Assembly: GCA_965649825.1 (NCBI GenBank) | Contig: OZ287709.1 | Location: 372,001-436,000, forward strand | DNA from: Penicillus capitatus | Lineage: Eukaryota; Plantae; Chlorophyta | Reading direction: 5' to 3' | DNA length: 64,000 nt | In this document: positions 48,415 through 60,385 of the stretch, piece by piece | Layout: each line of letters begins with the position of its first letter | How positions within the stretch are numbered: the first letter of the stretch is position 1 | Translations under genes and position numbers: made by a program | The notes under the pieces: model-generated | What the model was told of the DNA's origin: nothing | Database searches by the model: none | Seen by the model: the letters and a program-made list of their open reading frames with translations, nothing else

Positions 48415-49446
48415 TCAGTCTATGCCCGAGGTGAATCGTCGCAGCGCCGAGAAGATGGTCCAGCCCGAGGATGATGATTCTTCTGTGTTCGGTTCCCCCG
48501 CTCTCTTCTGAGAATCCGATGTCGTCGGATTCGATGACTCAACCATATCCGTAGTCCGCACTCGCGGACAATCCTGTGCCAGGTGCCCCTTACATCGACA
48601 GCTGTAGCAGATCCGTCCGCGTCTCATGGCTCCGCCATCGTCTGCCGCGTCGGCCGTCTTCTCTCTTCGCCGTCGCCGCGGATACCGCCCAACGTCGTGC
48701 AACACTCGTTTCATCTGTTGCAAAGTCTTTTCACTTCGTCGATTCCCCTCTGGTTTCTTCGCCATCAACTCGGTTGTCGTCCTGACATCCCTTTGTAGCG
48801 TCTTCACCTCGTCGGCCAGTGACTGTAGACATGGCACCAAGTCAGGTGCCGAAATATACTTCTGTTTCTCCTCTGCGAAGGCGGATTCCGTCTCTTCAAG
48901 CCTCTGTTTCGTGGAGGAGGCTTCCTCGATAGCCTCGTTTGCATCCTGGTGCGCCTTGTTGATGTCTTGTTTTGCTTCGGAAATGTCCTTCTGCAGTTCT
49001 GCGTTGATGGCCGCAAGTCGCTCGATTTCTGCTGTCGCCTCGGCTACCTCGCGTCGTAAAAGCTCGACCGACAGTCCCCTTGCAATACCACTTGATTCGG
49101 AAGCCTGCAGCGTCGCTTGTAACTCTTCCTTCTCGTCTCGCAAATCTCGCTTTTCCCGAAGCCATTTCTCCTTTTCGTCTTGCGAGTCTCGCCGTTCTTT
49201 CAGCCGCGGACAAATATTCCTTAGAAACTCAAACATGCAATCTTCGTCTACCAACAAGTAGGAAAAATCGTCGTTGTGATCATCTGGCTGTATCCAAACG
49301 CGAAAACCGTGAAGTCTGGGGCACAGCCCTTCGTCTTGACCAAAATACGCAAAGAGACTTTCCTCGTAACCGCGTATACCATAAACCCCGTGGCTGCCAC
49401 CCTCGACGTGACCCTGCTCCCTTCTTCTTTGTCGTGCTCGACTCAT
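48415..49446 (-). CDS. Element-encoded coiled-coil + CCHC zinc-knuckle (Gag-like) protein, 343 aa
   Basis: Intact ORF with a long heptad-rich region and CYSCRCKGHLAQDCP. Its TGA stop is the first 3 nt of the 3' LTR. Confidence 0.85.
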   Translation of the reverse strand: MSRARQRRREQGHVEGGSHGVYGIRGYEESLFAYFGQDEGLCPRLHGFRVWIQPDDHNDDFSYLLVDEDCMFEFLRNICPRLKERRDSQDEKEKWLREKRDLRDEKEELQATLQASESSGIARGLSVELLRREVAEATAEIERLAAINAELQKDISEAKQDINKAHQDANEAIEEASSTKQRLEETESAFAEEKQKYISAPDLVPCLQSLADEVKTLQRDVRTTTELMAKKPEGNRRSEKTLQQMKRVLHDVGRYPRRRRREKTADAADDGGAMRRGRICYSCRCKGHLAQDCPRVRTTDMVESSNPTTSDSQKRAGEPNTEESSSSGWTIFSALRRFTSGID

Positions 49447-49632
49447 CCTTGACAATTCGCTTCTCGAAATTCCTTGTGCCTAGGTGTGCCTAGTCAGGAC
49501 TCAACGGGCGCAAAGCACACAGCAAATGCGCAACGTCACACAGACGGAGTTCAAACTGAGGAACGTTTAACAACGCTCCGAAACCATGTTGTGGCGGGGC
49601 GGCCGCTCGAACGATCAATGCAGCGGAAGTCT

Positions 49633-49682
49633 TTACAGGCTCGGAGCAGAAGCATTTCAAAGTTCAGAATCGCACATTTATA
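49633..49682 (-). promoter_or_regulatory. TATA box and TGTAA poly(A) signal within the 306-bp LTR
   Basis: On the minus strand, TATAAAT (49676-49682) is followed by TGTAA (49633-49637), consistent with U3-R-U5 order and a chlorophyte poly(A) signal. Confidence 0.6.
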
Positions 49683-50247
49683 CCCGCAAATTGATGTGAC
49701 TCACCGAGGCAGGTTCAAACACCACAGAAACACGCCTCAGATGAGTCATCAGTGTCTCTCTGCGCGATGAACCCCTTCACCACAAGACAGAATGACATGA
49801 CCCCTTGTCGAAGACAACATGGGCCCACCCCTTTCGCTTGCGTATACTCCGAAAGCAGGTAAAACCCCCACGAAAAACAAATAATCAAATCACCGGACAG
49901 ATAAACTATGGCATGGCGAGCAGCGCCCTCGATCATGCAGCTTTGCAATACGCTGAGCAAGGAAAGCATGTCTTGAGTACTCAGCGGGGAGCCTGGACGG
50001 GACGTGGAGTGGCAGCACAGGAACGCATCACCGTTGCCCGAGTTGAGCGTATGGGAATGCATTTGATTCAACCAGAGATGGACCTGATGACACTGTTAGC
50101 TATACTAAGATACTCTGTCTGCGACGGTTCTGCCATTGTTTACTTCAACTGGCCCAAGTTTGCAGCGGCGAATCAAAATTTGACAGCCGCCATCTTCTCT
50201 GAGAATGTCGCACATGTCGACATACCACAATAGACACCGTCACAATC

Positions 50248-51427
50248 TCAGAATGCAGTCTGACGGGTACGCGAGAACGGTTCTGGCCCCGCGGACCGGA
50301 CAGGCTGTCCGCTTCCTGACGCGACAGGAGTCCGCGTGGGCCAGGGGTATTTATGTGACAGGCCGCACCATGCTGTAGTCTTAGCTTTGACTCCTTGCAG
50401 TCCCTCCGCATTCGCACACGCGTCGGCGCGTTCGCGGCGCGCCAGAGTCTGCCGCATCCCCGTCACAGTCCCAGCAGGAATGCTGGCTGACACAGCGACA
50501 GAGAGTGTCCACAGCATTTTGAGAGTGTGTGTGAGGATGATTTTCTCATGGAAGACGGATTCGATTTTCGCGAAAGCGTCGAACCGCGCTCCGCTATGGA
50601 ATCGAAATTTAGCAAACTGTTACCGAGCACACTTGTTTTTTGACTATCCATTCTACCGTCTCTGCCATTTCGCGTCTGAAAATTCCCTTCTTCGCCCCTC
50701 AGATTCCGTTGATGTCACATCGCATACCGACGAAGCTGTCCCGGCCGCGCATACCGACGAAGCTGTCCCGGCCGCGCATACCAACGAAGCTGTCCCGGCG
50801 GCGCATCCCGACGCCCCCGACGCCCCCGACGCCTCTCCTAGCGGCGAAGTCGAAGGCCTTTGCGCCCCACCCTCAGCTCCCGTCTCCGAGATGTGAACTT
50901 GATGACCGTTGAGCACTACTCCACCCCTCGCCACGGCACGGTCGACCGCATCAGCCGCATCAAAAAAGGCATATCCCTCCCCCGTCGGGTTCCCTGTCCG
51001 GTTGTCGACCACTACAAGAGAAAAAATGACATCGTCAATATACGCAATAAGTTTTCATACCCTGCTCGAGTCGCTGCACGGGTTCGCCGAGGATTCTCTC
51101 TAGCTCGAGGTGGTTGAGTCGACGAAGAAGGTCCGCCGGGTCCGTGCTTGTTGGCAGATTCTGCAGCCGGACTCTGTGCGTCTGCTCCACCTCCATTTCC
51201 TCCCCTGGCTGGATGTCGTCGAGAGATGGTTCTGCGTCCATCTCGACGTCTGCTGGAGGCTGGTGCTGCTCTGGAGGCGGCAGTGGGGTTTCCTTAGACA
51301 AAACAAGTAATTGTTAGGGTTATAGTGGCGGTTTTGGGGTTGTGCTTACTTGGCCTGTGGCCATGGCGCGAATGCGTTCGATGGCTCTTCTCTTCGATGC
51401 TCTATCGTATGGGGTGCGTGAAGACAT
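50248..51427 (-). CDS. RRM-containing protein, spliced; 3' end uncertain, may be a pseudogene
   Basis: Canonical introns join ATGQ|ETPLP..VRLQNLP (RNP2)..RLEQ|VVDNRTGNPTGEGYAFFD (RNP1). Confidence 0.6.
50722..50833. repeat. Tandem repeat: 3 x 27 bp followed by 3 x 9 bp
   Basis: GCATACCGACGAAGCTGTCCCGGCCGC x3, then CCCGACGCC x3; in frame within the RRM ORF. Confidence 0.9.
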
Positions 51428-51527
51428 GCTGTGGCGGTTGGTCGAGAGAGAAACGAAGACAAATGGTTTGTGTAGCAGAAAACACGGAAACGATGTGGCA
51501 GAACGCAGATTAACGCATTCGTCACAA

Positions 51528-51614
51528 TGGCAGTGGTGACGGTTTCGTCTGCGCTGGCGACGGTGGTGGCAGTGGTGACGGTTTCGTCTGCGCTGGCGAC
51601 GGTGATGGCAGTGG
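51528..51614. repeat. Tandem repeat, ~2.2 x 39 bp
   Basis: TGGCAGTGGTGACGGTTTCGTCTGCGCTGGCGACGGTGG repeated. Confidence 0.9.
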
Positions 51615-51981
51615 CAGTGGGACGGTGGCACAGGTAACGCATTCGAAAAGAAGGTTTCTTTACAGAACGACAGTCGAACAACAATCCTGAAGGTTTTCCC
51701 CGCCCAGGATGAAATATGGAGACAAAACAAGAATCCGCAGCCTTCATGTCTGTGTCTCAATTTCATGAGCCTCGCGAAATTCGGTCAGGAGACGGTCGTA
51801 AGTACTAGACGGAGACAGTGTGTGTGGTCTTGTTGAAGCTTCTCACACAGAATGAACATGTCAATGGTAATCTGTTTATACCCGACAACGACTAGCACGT
51901 ATGCCATCACTCGATCCCTTGTCAAAAATCTCATCTTCCAGGCTCTTTTTTCGTTCGCGGAACGATCCTTTGGCGATTTTC

Positions 51982-53833
51982 TCACTCTTCTGTTTGCTCT
52001 TGCATTTCTCCGCTTGGTCCAGCTCCATAGGGGTCTTCCGACTGAGGGCTGCTCCCCAACACACTCAGGAGCTCACGCAATCTTCGCAGGAATGCAGCTG
52101 CGTCGCCATCGCCTCTGGTGTCTCCATCGCCCACGTCCGATCTTCTATCCAGCAGATGTGGGTCGAGTCCTTCCAGCAGTCGTCGCAGCTGAGGGAACAG
52201 TGCCCGGGAGCTCGTGGAATCCCCGTCGCCACCCATGACCCGTTCAATATCTTCCAAGGAAACGCCGCCCAGTTCGCCTAGAACAGCCAGTCTGACTCGC
52301 AGACCTCGCAAATCGACGGATCGCCTTGATCGAAGTCACCCCCACCGACGATGATCTCTTCGTCTGCGTCACCAACGAGGTTCACATTGACTTCGGAAGA
52401 CGGTGGCTCATCTGGTATCTCTTCAGCCTCGTCTGTATCAACATGTGCCCAATCCAAATCCGGAGGAGAGCGCACGGCATCGTCCTCTTCTTCATCTGAA
52501 ATAACAGATACAGGACGGAATGCAAAGACGAACACGATGAATATTCATGGTCACCTTCAGGATGCTCTTCACCGAGATCTTGGCTCTCACCTGTTTGCGC
52601 AGAAGCTTCCCCTGTTGCTTCTCTTCGTTCAAGTGGATCTGTATGATTCTCACGAGCTGGGGATGATGTCGATGTTGGTGTCTCTTGTTGATCTGCCGGG
52701 ACATGAGACCGATGCAAAAGTGTCGACACGGACAATTCCATGTTATTCCGCGTCCTTTCGAGAGCATCGCGTGCCTGTCTCGCATCGCTCATAGGATATC
52801 GCAACGACAGCATCGCGGACGTACATGCTCCTCGTTGAAACCCATGTCTATCAATTGCTGAACGAGTTCGGGCTGTGCAGCAACGCGCGGTCGATGACGT
52901 CTTCGTCCATAGAGTGACCTCAATGTCGCCTCCGGAATTGGTTCTGCTGCATCGTCATCGTCTTGATGCTCGCAAATCCAATTCAAAGCAGCCTGTGTAT
53001 AAAACCAGACGTCCACCCTTAGAGAATCGTTCACCGTGATGCTGAAAGCACCGAGAGATTGTTTCTGTGCAGAATGAGTGCCTTCCGTGCAATGTCTGCC
53101 GGAATGCCCATTTCCTCTGTCAGTGAACACATATGTTGTGGATCAGGTTCCGGTACTTGATAGGATGCACTCTCCACCCTCTCTTCCTGGAGAAAAGACC
53201 CATCCTCTGGACATGTGTCACAAACCGACACCCGTACTTGATTCTGTGGGTCTGTCGTGAGGGATCGTGTTCCCAAGCTCTCTTCCAGAGCATCAATGAT
53301 CACCTGCAGCTGATCTGCACCAAAAACAGCACGGTCTGTTGATGCCAGGTTCCGTGGACGCGGCCGGGGTCCTTCAGGTGCTGTCAGCTTTGATTCCAGT
53401 CCATGTTTAGCAGCGTAGGCTTTGATAGCCTCCTCGATTTCGACAGATGTTGGTGCCTAGCCACAGCATTCGTCCTTCCTCCATAGCTGAATCGCGAGCC
53501 AACCTCCAAAGGTTGTCTTGCTGGTGGTGGTGGAGGGCTCGGAACAAAAAGAATCACAACGGCATCACCCGATTGAATGCCTGCTTCTTCAAGGGAGCCC
53601 TCGTGCAAAGCTCTGCCATCATAGACCTGCGCACAAAGACGGTTTTCTTCAGAGACTGTGTGCTGGTTTGTTACAATATTCTGGTTGTCGGGAGTGGGTA
53701 TGTTCAGTCCTGTGAGTCGCTTCGCGGTTGCGGCCTCGTGCAAGTGCTTCTTGAATTCATCGACCGTCAAACCAGGAGGCACTGAGTGGAATTTGCAACT
53801 TCCTTGCAGTGTGCGAATCGTCAAATCGAACAT
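51982..53833 (-). CDS. UBL-UBA-UBA protein, UBAC1/KPC2-like, spliced
   Basis: N-terminal ubiquitin-like domain (VYDGRAL..EAGIQSGDAVVIL), UBA1 SLTEMGIPADIARKAL..AALNWICEH, UBA2 QQLIDMGFNEEH, acidic tail. Confidence 0.8.
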
Positions 53834-54664
53834 CGCTTCGGACTAAAATCGCTTGTCATGGCACGGCGTTCCATCGAACATGATGTGACATGACACTGTG
53901 TTTCAACACGAGATCACACAATAGATAGACGCCACGCATAGCTCAGAGGATCGGTCATCCCTGTATTGGCATGCTGTGTGTAAAGATGTGCACTAGGGAA
54001 CTGGCATCGGACGGCAGCACTGTCGACTGTGTGACCATGTCTCGGTCCCAGCGAGATGTTAGATCTATTTCACTGTGATAAGTTTGTGTGAATGAACTCA
54101 CTGTGCATGCAAGGGTTAAGTATAAACGGTTGTATTCTTGATGATTGTGTGATTCTTATGCAAGGGTGGATGCCGTGTAGGTTGCGTGAGAACGGGCACG
54201 GGGCATAAGAATGTTTTCTGCAAAGCATCGGGAACGTTGCATGGATTTACACACTCGCTTTTTGAACACTGTGCAACTGGCTGGTCTGTGTATATCTGAG
54301 GCGCCGGATTTCGTCGGAGCACATCCAAAACGCCAAACATTAACCGAAATGTATAAAATCATCGAATCTTCGCTTTTGACTGTATGTGGGTTCAGAGACC
54401 AATGAAGAATCTTGTTAAGGGGACAAACATAGTGAGGGGGTCTTTCGAAAAAAGAGCAGACATTGCCTCGATCATTTTCAAGATCTGGACATATGTTCGA
54501 GACATCGATCGGCGATTCAGATGATATCGTCTTTTCACATGACTCCCGTCAACAGTTCTCCACACTGGCTAAACACTTTGACACCAACGACATCATCGTC
54601 ACCGCCAACGCCAACAACAATGAATCTCGTTACCCACAGGAAAATGTGTACAAATGGCGATCCG

Positions 54665-55655
54665 TCAGGGTGCGACAGTTTGAGACAGAATGGTGTTCAC
54701 ACAAAAGTGCTGAAGGAAGGGAATAATGCCATTGAAAAAACCATAGGATTTTTTGAGCGTTCCTCCGAAGGCCATTGCTAAGGCACCCATCCCGGAAGAG
54801 CAGAGTGTGCGTGTTAAGCACCACGTCCCTCTACAAATCTGGAAAGATCCGTGTGCGAAGCCAATCAAAGCACCACCATAGAACCCAACCAATGCTGCCA
54901 AAATCATCTGAGCCGAAATGGCGGCCGTCGAAACGACCGTCAGCATCAGAGCGGGCAGCTGAAGAGAATTCCACAGCGATCCAATGAGGACTAAAATGGG
55001 ATAACATGTCCCCACAGAGCTCACATACCATCTGATCTTTTCCAAACCGAAACGAGCGCCGCTCTCAAAACCTTTCAATCCACGTAGGATACCTCGATAG
55101 AATCCATTTGCCAAAAGTATCATTTTCCACACCTAAAAAGCCATAAGGTCAGGCCGTGTGTATGAGAAGGGGGAGAATGGTAGTTACATCCATAACCACT
55201 TGCCAAACTGGACTCCCTAGAAGGCTATACATCAACTCCCTGGCTTCCTCAACCGTCGGGAGGTGTCCGCCCAAAAGCTTCATTCCAGAAAAAGGCGCTC
55301 GTCGCACACGGTATCTTTCTTTGCAAATGTCACACCTAGGATCTCAGGGTTACACTTCTGAGCGTGGCATCCTTCCACACCTGTAAGATTTTCTCAAAGC
55401 GCCTTGACTGCGCTGAGTGCGTTGCCATGCTCCAAGACAGCGTCGATGGATGAAACGAATGGTGCCTGTGCAACGGCAGGGCGACAGCAGTTCGCCGCCA
55501 GTCTCGCTATCGGCGGGTTGCCAACAAAAACGACAGACGCTGTCTTCCTCTTCGTCGTCGAGATCTTTGACAAGCGCCCTCTGCTGATGCAGAGAACAGA
55601 TGGGGGTCGTGCGTCCTGGTCGAGCAGCTCTTCCTCGAAATGGACGCAACGGCAT
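54665..55655 (-). CDS. RING-CH (RINGv/MARCH-type) E3 ligase with C-terminal hydrophobic segments, spliced
   Basis: CRFC..LLSPCRCTGTIRFIHRRCL..SYR|CDICK, spliced onward to the TM-rich exon at 54665-55132. Confidence 0.85.
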
Positions 55656-55793
55656 CGTGCCTGACACGCGAATCACCAACGACAACTACGGAAACGCAAC
55701 GATGAAAAGACGCCACGCATTGTGAAGACTCCTGTTTGTACGTTCGCTTTTTTCTCACGCCGCTCCGTGCGCCTTCACACCCTCTCCACGTTT

Positions 55794-57366
55794 ATGAGGT
55801 AACCAGCCCATCCTTGGTCTCAGACATGTCCTCCGTTCACACTCTCTGCAGCAGCAAAGAGGAAAAGCCAACACTTAAAGGTGTTAGCGTCAAGCAAAGG
55901 AAGCGTAACATCGCCGTTCCCTTGGACCCCGGGGCATTTGCTACGGAAGTGCTGACGGTGTTTGAAGAACACGCATCGGTTGGGAGTTCGGACGAAGAGA
56001 AGCTCGAGTCCGCCATCAAGGCGTTGGACACATCGGACTTGGATTTCAATCGCTATGGAGACACGCTGTTTGAGATACTGTTCGCTGGAAAACGCATGGC
56101 CACGGGGGCAAACCTTGTTACGGACCAAGGAAAGGAACTCAAAACAAACGTCTGTCATACAAACCAAAGGATGCCCCATCACCCATACCGCCCTGTCCTG
56201 TCTAGTTATTAGCCTGTGAGCCGGAACGCAAAGCCGTCTATCCCTACGTCAAGATCTTCCAGACGCTCGTCCGGTAATCTGTTTGACATCTGGCTGGACC
56301 TGTCCTTCGAGATGACGTGGATCTAGGCGTCGCCCTTTTCTGGTAAAGAATCTCGAAAATGTTCTGGTTAAGCTCTTAATGTCTTTGGAGTTCTTCGATG
56401 ACGTATCCCGAAAGAAACTTGCCATTGGTGAGGTCATTGTTGAGTGGGAGATGGAAGAGAGCATGTGCTGGATGTTCTGTAGCGACATCTTTGGTATTCA
56501 ATCCATCGATGCGTATTGGCGTGCTGCCCGAGAATGTCTTATCTGCGCTGGCCAATGATCGTCTGGTTCAGCGGGGAACAATTCTTGAATTCATTACCAT
56601 CTTCTTCCAAGACTTCCTCTCTGGTAGTACTTTAGATGAATTGGTAACACTTTTGACGAGGGCCAAGGTGGCGGCGCAGCTCTTTGATTTCTTTCCCCCG
56701 CAGAAACGCTCGTGGTCAGCCATGGCGGAGCATTTTAATCCAGCTGGACTGGCGCCTCTTGTCCAGTGGTACAAGAAAAAAGTGATCGATGTGAAGACAA
56801 CGGAACTTAAGGATTACCTACTGGAGCTGATCGATGAGGACACATCTCCGGATGAGATCTCTTCTGTTGTTAAGGAGAAGGCGACGGAAGGAGAATTGCC
56901 TAACGAAGATGTGCTGAGAGTCGTATGGGAAGTGCTAATCAAATCTATCAATATGACAGGAAAAAATGCACAACAACTAAGGCAGCTTCTGAACCGTACG
57001 CTCACGAACAACGCACAGCTTCTGACACACTTTGCCTCATCTCCAAAGCTCGAGGCAGCTCTCCTCGTTATCATTCAAGTCTGCCTGTAGTGCCATACGA
57101 CAGGCTAGAAGTTGACAGGACTGATGTGATAGGTTCATTGCTATGAAGATACGCGATTGCTAAAGCTCTTCTCCGACATCGTCCGCATCGTCTACGATGC
57201 TGAGATCGTGGGAGAAGACACTATTTTCTACTGGTATCGTAAAGGGAGTCATGCCAAAGGACGGAATGTTTTCCTCAAAGACATTGAGCCATTCATCTCC
57301 TGGTTAGAAGAAGCAGAAGAAGAGGATGAAGATGATGATGAAGAGGATGAAGATAATGATTCATAA
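55794..57366 (+). CDS. eIF5-mimic protein (BZW/5MP, W2 domain), spliced
   Basis: MS|SKEEKPTLKGVSVKQRKRN, LDFNRYGDTLFEIL, LVRRRPFLVK, EDTIFYWYRKGSHAKGRNVFLKDIEPFISWLEEAEEE. Confidence 0.95.
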
Positions 57367-57401
57367 AGCAGACATCCTCTCCTCTAATGATTAACATGCA
57401 G

Positions 57402-58699
57402 TCAGCTGTTGTTGTTATTCCCATTGCTGCTTTGAATCCACCTTTGAATAAACTGTGGCATTGAGCCGAAAGGATAGCCCTATGAACATTCAGCGATGCC
57501 CACATGGGCGCGAGCGTCAGATACAGAACCATGCTGTTGAGGAGGAGAGCATAACATAGCTGTAGGATGTGCGTGTAGAAGAAACCTAGACGCAGCAGGG
57601 GTCTTGTCAGACAAGAAGAGAGAGATCACGTGCACGCACACCTCTGATGATCAAAAATCCTAGAAGAGCTGCATTGACCGTCGATGCAGAGGGCGAAGCT
57701 AGACAGCAACATAGAATGTCCGAAGGCAAAGAGATCGATTCTTGCTGTTTACCTTGAATGCCACAAAGCGACGAGATCTTTATCTAGACATTAACAGAGT
57801 GAGCATCACAGCAAGACAATGACCAGGAAGCGCATACCACCAGTGTGTAGACATTGTATGTGACGAGCTTGAAGAGATTCTCTCTCAGTAAGAAGCCGGC
57901 GACGTAGATGTAACAGATCATTCCTGTGGCGTATGAGAGCGTGCATGCGATCCATGTTAACCACCACGGACATCTCAAATGCCACAGGAACCCCAATGTC
58001 AAGCCAATGAATCCATAGAGCAAGACATAAGTGACAGCACGAGGGGGTCCGAGAAGGACTGTGTAACGCGATGTGATAGAAGAGTGAGATGAAGCACGGT
58101 ATACCAATGGTCAGGAAGAACGTTGCAACGAGGGTCTTACGACTCGCGGCCGGTCCGGATCGAACAGCGGCCAGTACGAGAGGAAACGGCAGCAGATAAT
58201 GCATGTAAGCATCAAGCCGCAGGATTCCGAGGAGCAATTGGCAGACGCCCGAGACAGAGGCCAACATGGACGTCTCCACTAAAACCTGACACCATGGCTG
58301 AGCAACATGGTCTGTCAGACACCACCATACCTTTGCTGAAGGCAGATCGTAGATCTGTGCTGCCGCATCTTCTGCAGAAGATGCGTTCGATGCGTCAAAT
58401 GATGCAGCATGCAATCTCCGACAGAATCTCTGGGGTCCAAAAATTGAACACACGACTGGATGTCGCCGATGGACCTGCTGTCGATTGGAAGATCGACAAA
58501 GTGAGATGCTGTTTCTAACAGATCGAGGTCTCTCTTCTTCTGTCCAAGCGACACTCTCCGACGGAGATATCTGCGGAGTGCTACTCTTTGGCCAAAGCGC
58601 TCGTCTTTGCGTTGTCACGCAGGTCCCGCGAAGGGATGGCAATCCGAATCGTCGATCGACCGACGCTCGGACCTTCATGTCCTTCTGTGTCGCTGTCAC
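57402..58699 (-). CDS. DUF2232 (YybS-like) membrane protein with probable plastid transit peptide, spliced
   Basis: LVETSMLAS, LLPFPLV, LLGPPRAVTYVLLYGFIGLTLG, GFLLRENL; C-terminal GYPFGSMPQFIQRW. Confidence 0.8.
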
Positions 58700-58829
58700 A
58701 TCACCCAGACCGATACCAACGCATCTCTGTTGGTAAACGCTATGCGTTAGCTTAATGGCAAACGGGTAACTGTTCCACCAACCTTGGTCCAGTCAGTCAT
58801 ACGACATTAAGTGTTGCGCATGGTCGCCG

Positions 58830-60385
58830 ATGAGTTTTAGCGGAACCTCACTTCAGGAAGCCATCCGAATCTCCGAGGCTGCCTTTCCCTTTCGACGCGG
58901 TGCGTCTCCAGGTTTTGGCGGAGGCAGTGTGGCCTCGGAGATTCCGGAACCGAGCGTCCTTCCAGAACTGCCGGCAACGCATGCACAAACCGCAGCCCTA
59001 CGCCTTGGGGAGAATCCCGATGAATCATGCAGTCTTTCAGTGATGGGACGTACCGAAGCAGGTAAGAGAAGAGAAGAGATGCGGAGAAGCTGTCATACAT
59101 CGTAGGGCATCTGCTAAATGGAACACTATCCAGTCAAGATGCCATGAATCTCCTGAGCACACGCAACAAACCGCACAAGGTGTGGAGAAAACGCTATGCG
59201 AAGTTGCTGGTGGTGGGTGATGCGGGATTGGGCAAGACAACCCTCATTCGAACCCTCCTGTCCATCCCAGGGCAAAAAATCAAAGTACTCTTACCTTAAT
59301 GCCTTCCTCCGATCAATGGACGTCGTTTTCAGTTGCATGATGGGACAGAGTCCAGCATCGAGCAGTTTCGCAAAAATCCTGCATCGTTGTGTTCACAGAT
59401 CTGCTGGAGAGATGAAGAGGATCGCGTAGAGTGGTATTACACGGTGCAGGATACACCTGGTTACGGAGACAAAATCAATATTCGTCATAACATTGACGCA
59501 ATGGTCGATTTTGTGATCGAGCAGAACCAGAAGTGGTTCGATATTGAGACAAGCAAGAAACGACCCGCTGACATGTCATCGATCGAGGATCCCAGAATCG
59601 ATGTCTGTCTATTTTGCTTACCGCCCCATCGACTGCGCTACGTGGATGTGCGTTTCATGCACGAATTGGGCAAAGTGGTGCCCATTATTCCGCTCATTAC
59701 AAAGGCGGATACCATGAATATTCGCGAAGCCACCATCTACCGACAAGAAGTGCACAGCAAACTGCAGAATGTGTCACAGTTCGGTTTGAGAGGCAAGATT
59801 GGTCTGTTTGAATTTAAGAAGGAGACGATGGAACGCGCCTGGATCGATCCTTCACTATCGCAGTGCCAGATGTTGCCGTTGCTGATCGTGGCCAGCAACG
59901 AAGTCAATATGGAGCTTAACCAAAAAGGAATCTTCTGGCCAGAAAGGCAGTATGCATGGGGAACATGCGAGGCCTTCAACCCTGATCACTCAGATGTCCT
60001 CCAACTGCGGCTGCTGCTTCTGAAAGAAGGCCTCGAAGAGATTTCAGCAGCCAAACTCGAAAGGTGTCTCCCCTTCTGCATTATGTCAATTTCTGTCAGG
60101 CGTCGAGATCGTGTGCGTTTGTGCAGATATGAGCTATGGAGAAGAAAACGATTATCGAAACTCAGAATGGGATTCCATCTAAAAATCATGGTTTTGGCGT
60201 CCACTGCGTACACAGCATTCAGTGTGGGATCATCCTTAGCCAGTGGCAAAGATCCCAGGAGAATTATGATCGATGCTGCACAGCTTCTAATGGGACGGAT
60301 TCGGATGCTGTCCCGCCTGCGACCTCGCAAGAAATCTACACCCCCATCCGCGCTGTCCAAGAAACAGAAAAAGATGCTCGGCTGA
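58830..60385 (+). CDS. Septin (non-opisthokont/chlorophyte type), spliced
   Basis: LVVGDAGLGKTT (G1), QDTPGYGD (G3), RIDVCLFCLPPHRLR, IITKADT (G4), ERQYAWG and HSD septin-unique element. Confidence 0.93.

Larger units (their letters stand above)
48112..49892 (-). mobile_element. Pol-less LTR element (1781 bp) with one ORF
   Basis: Identical 306-bp TG..CA LTRs (48112-48417, 49587-49892), 4-bp TSD CCGG, PBS TGGTTTCGGAGCG abutting the 5' LTR. Confidence 0.95.
44290..50233 (+). pseudogene. Type I polyketide synthase relic (KS, ER and KR remnants) interrupted by LTR insertions
   Basis: KS: NQDGRSSSLTIPSGPSQE..LHGTG. ER: GDTLLVHAAAG/GVGFAA..GSPFKR..VLSSLTSPGM/EISKRDIWS..NHIGKIV. KR: ITGGCGSLG..VLLGRS..IHTVGVLA..LFASVASLLGTAGQINY..QRGAW. 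Multiple stops and frameshifts. Confidence 0.9.

Noticed and set aside
51310-51325. Telomere-like CCCTAA
   Set aside because: A single occurrence inside an intron.
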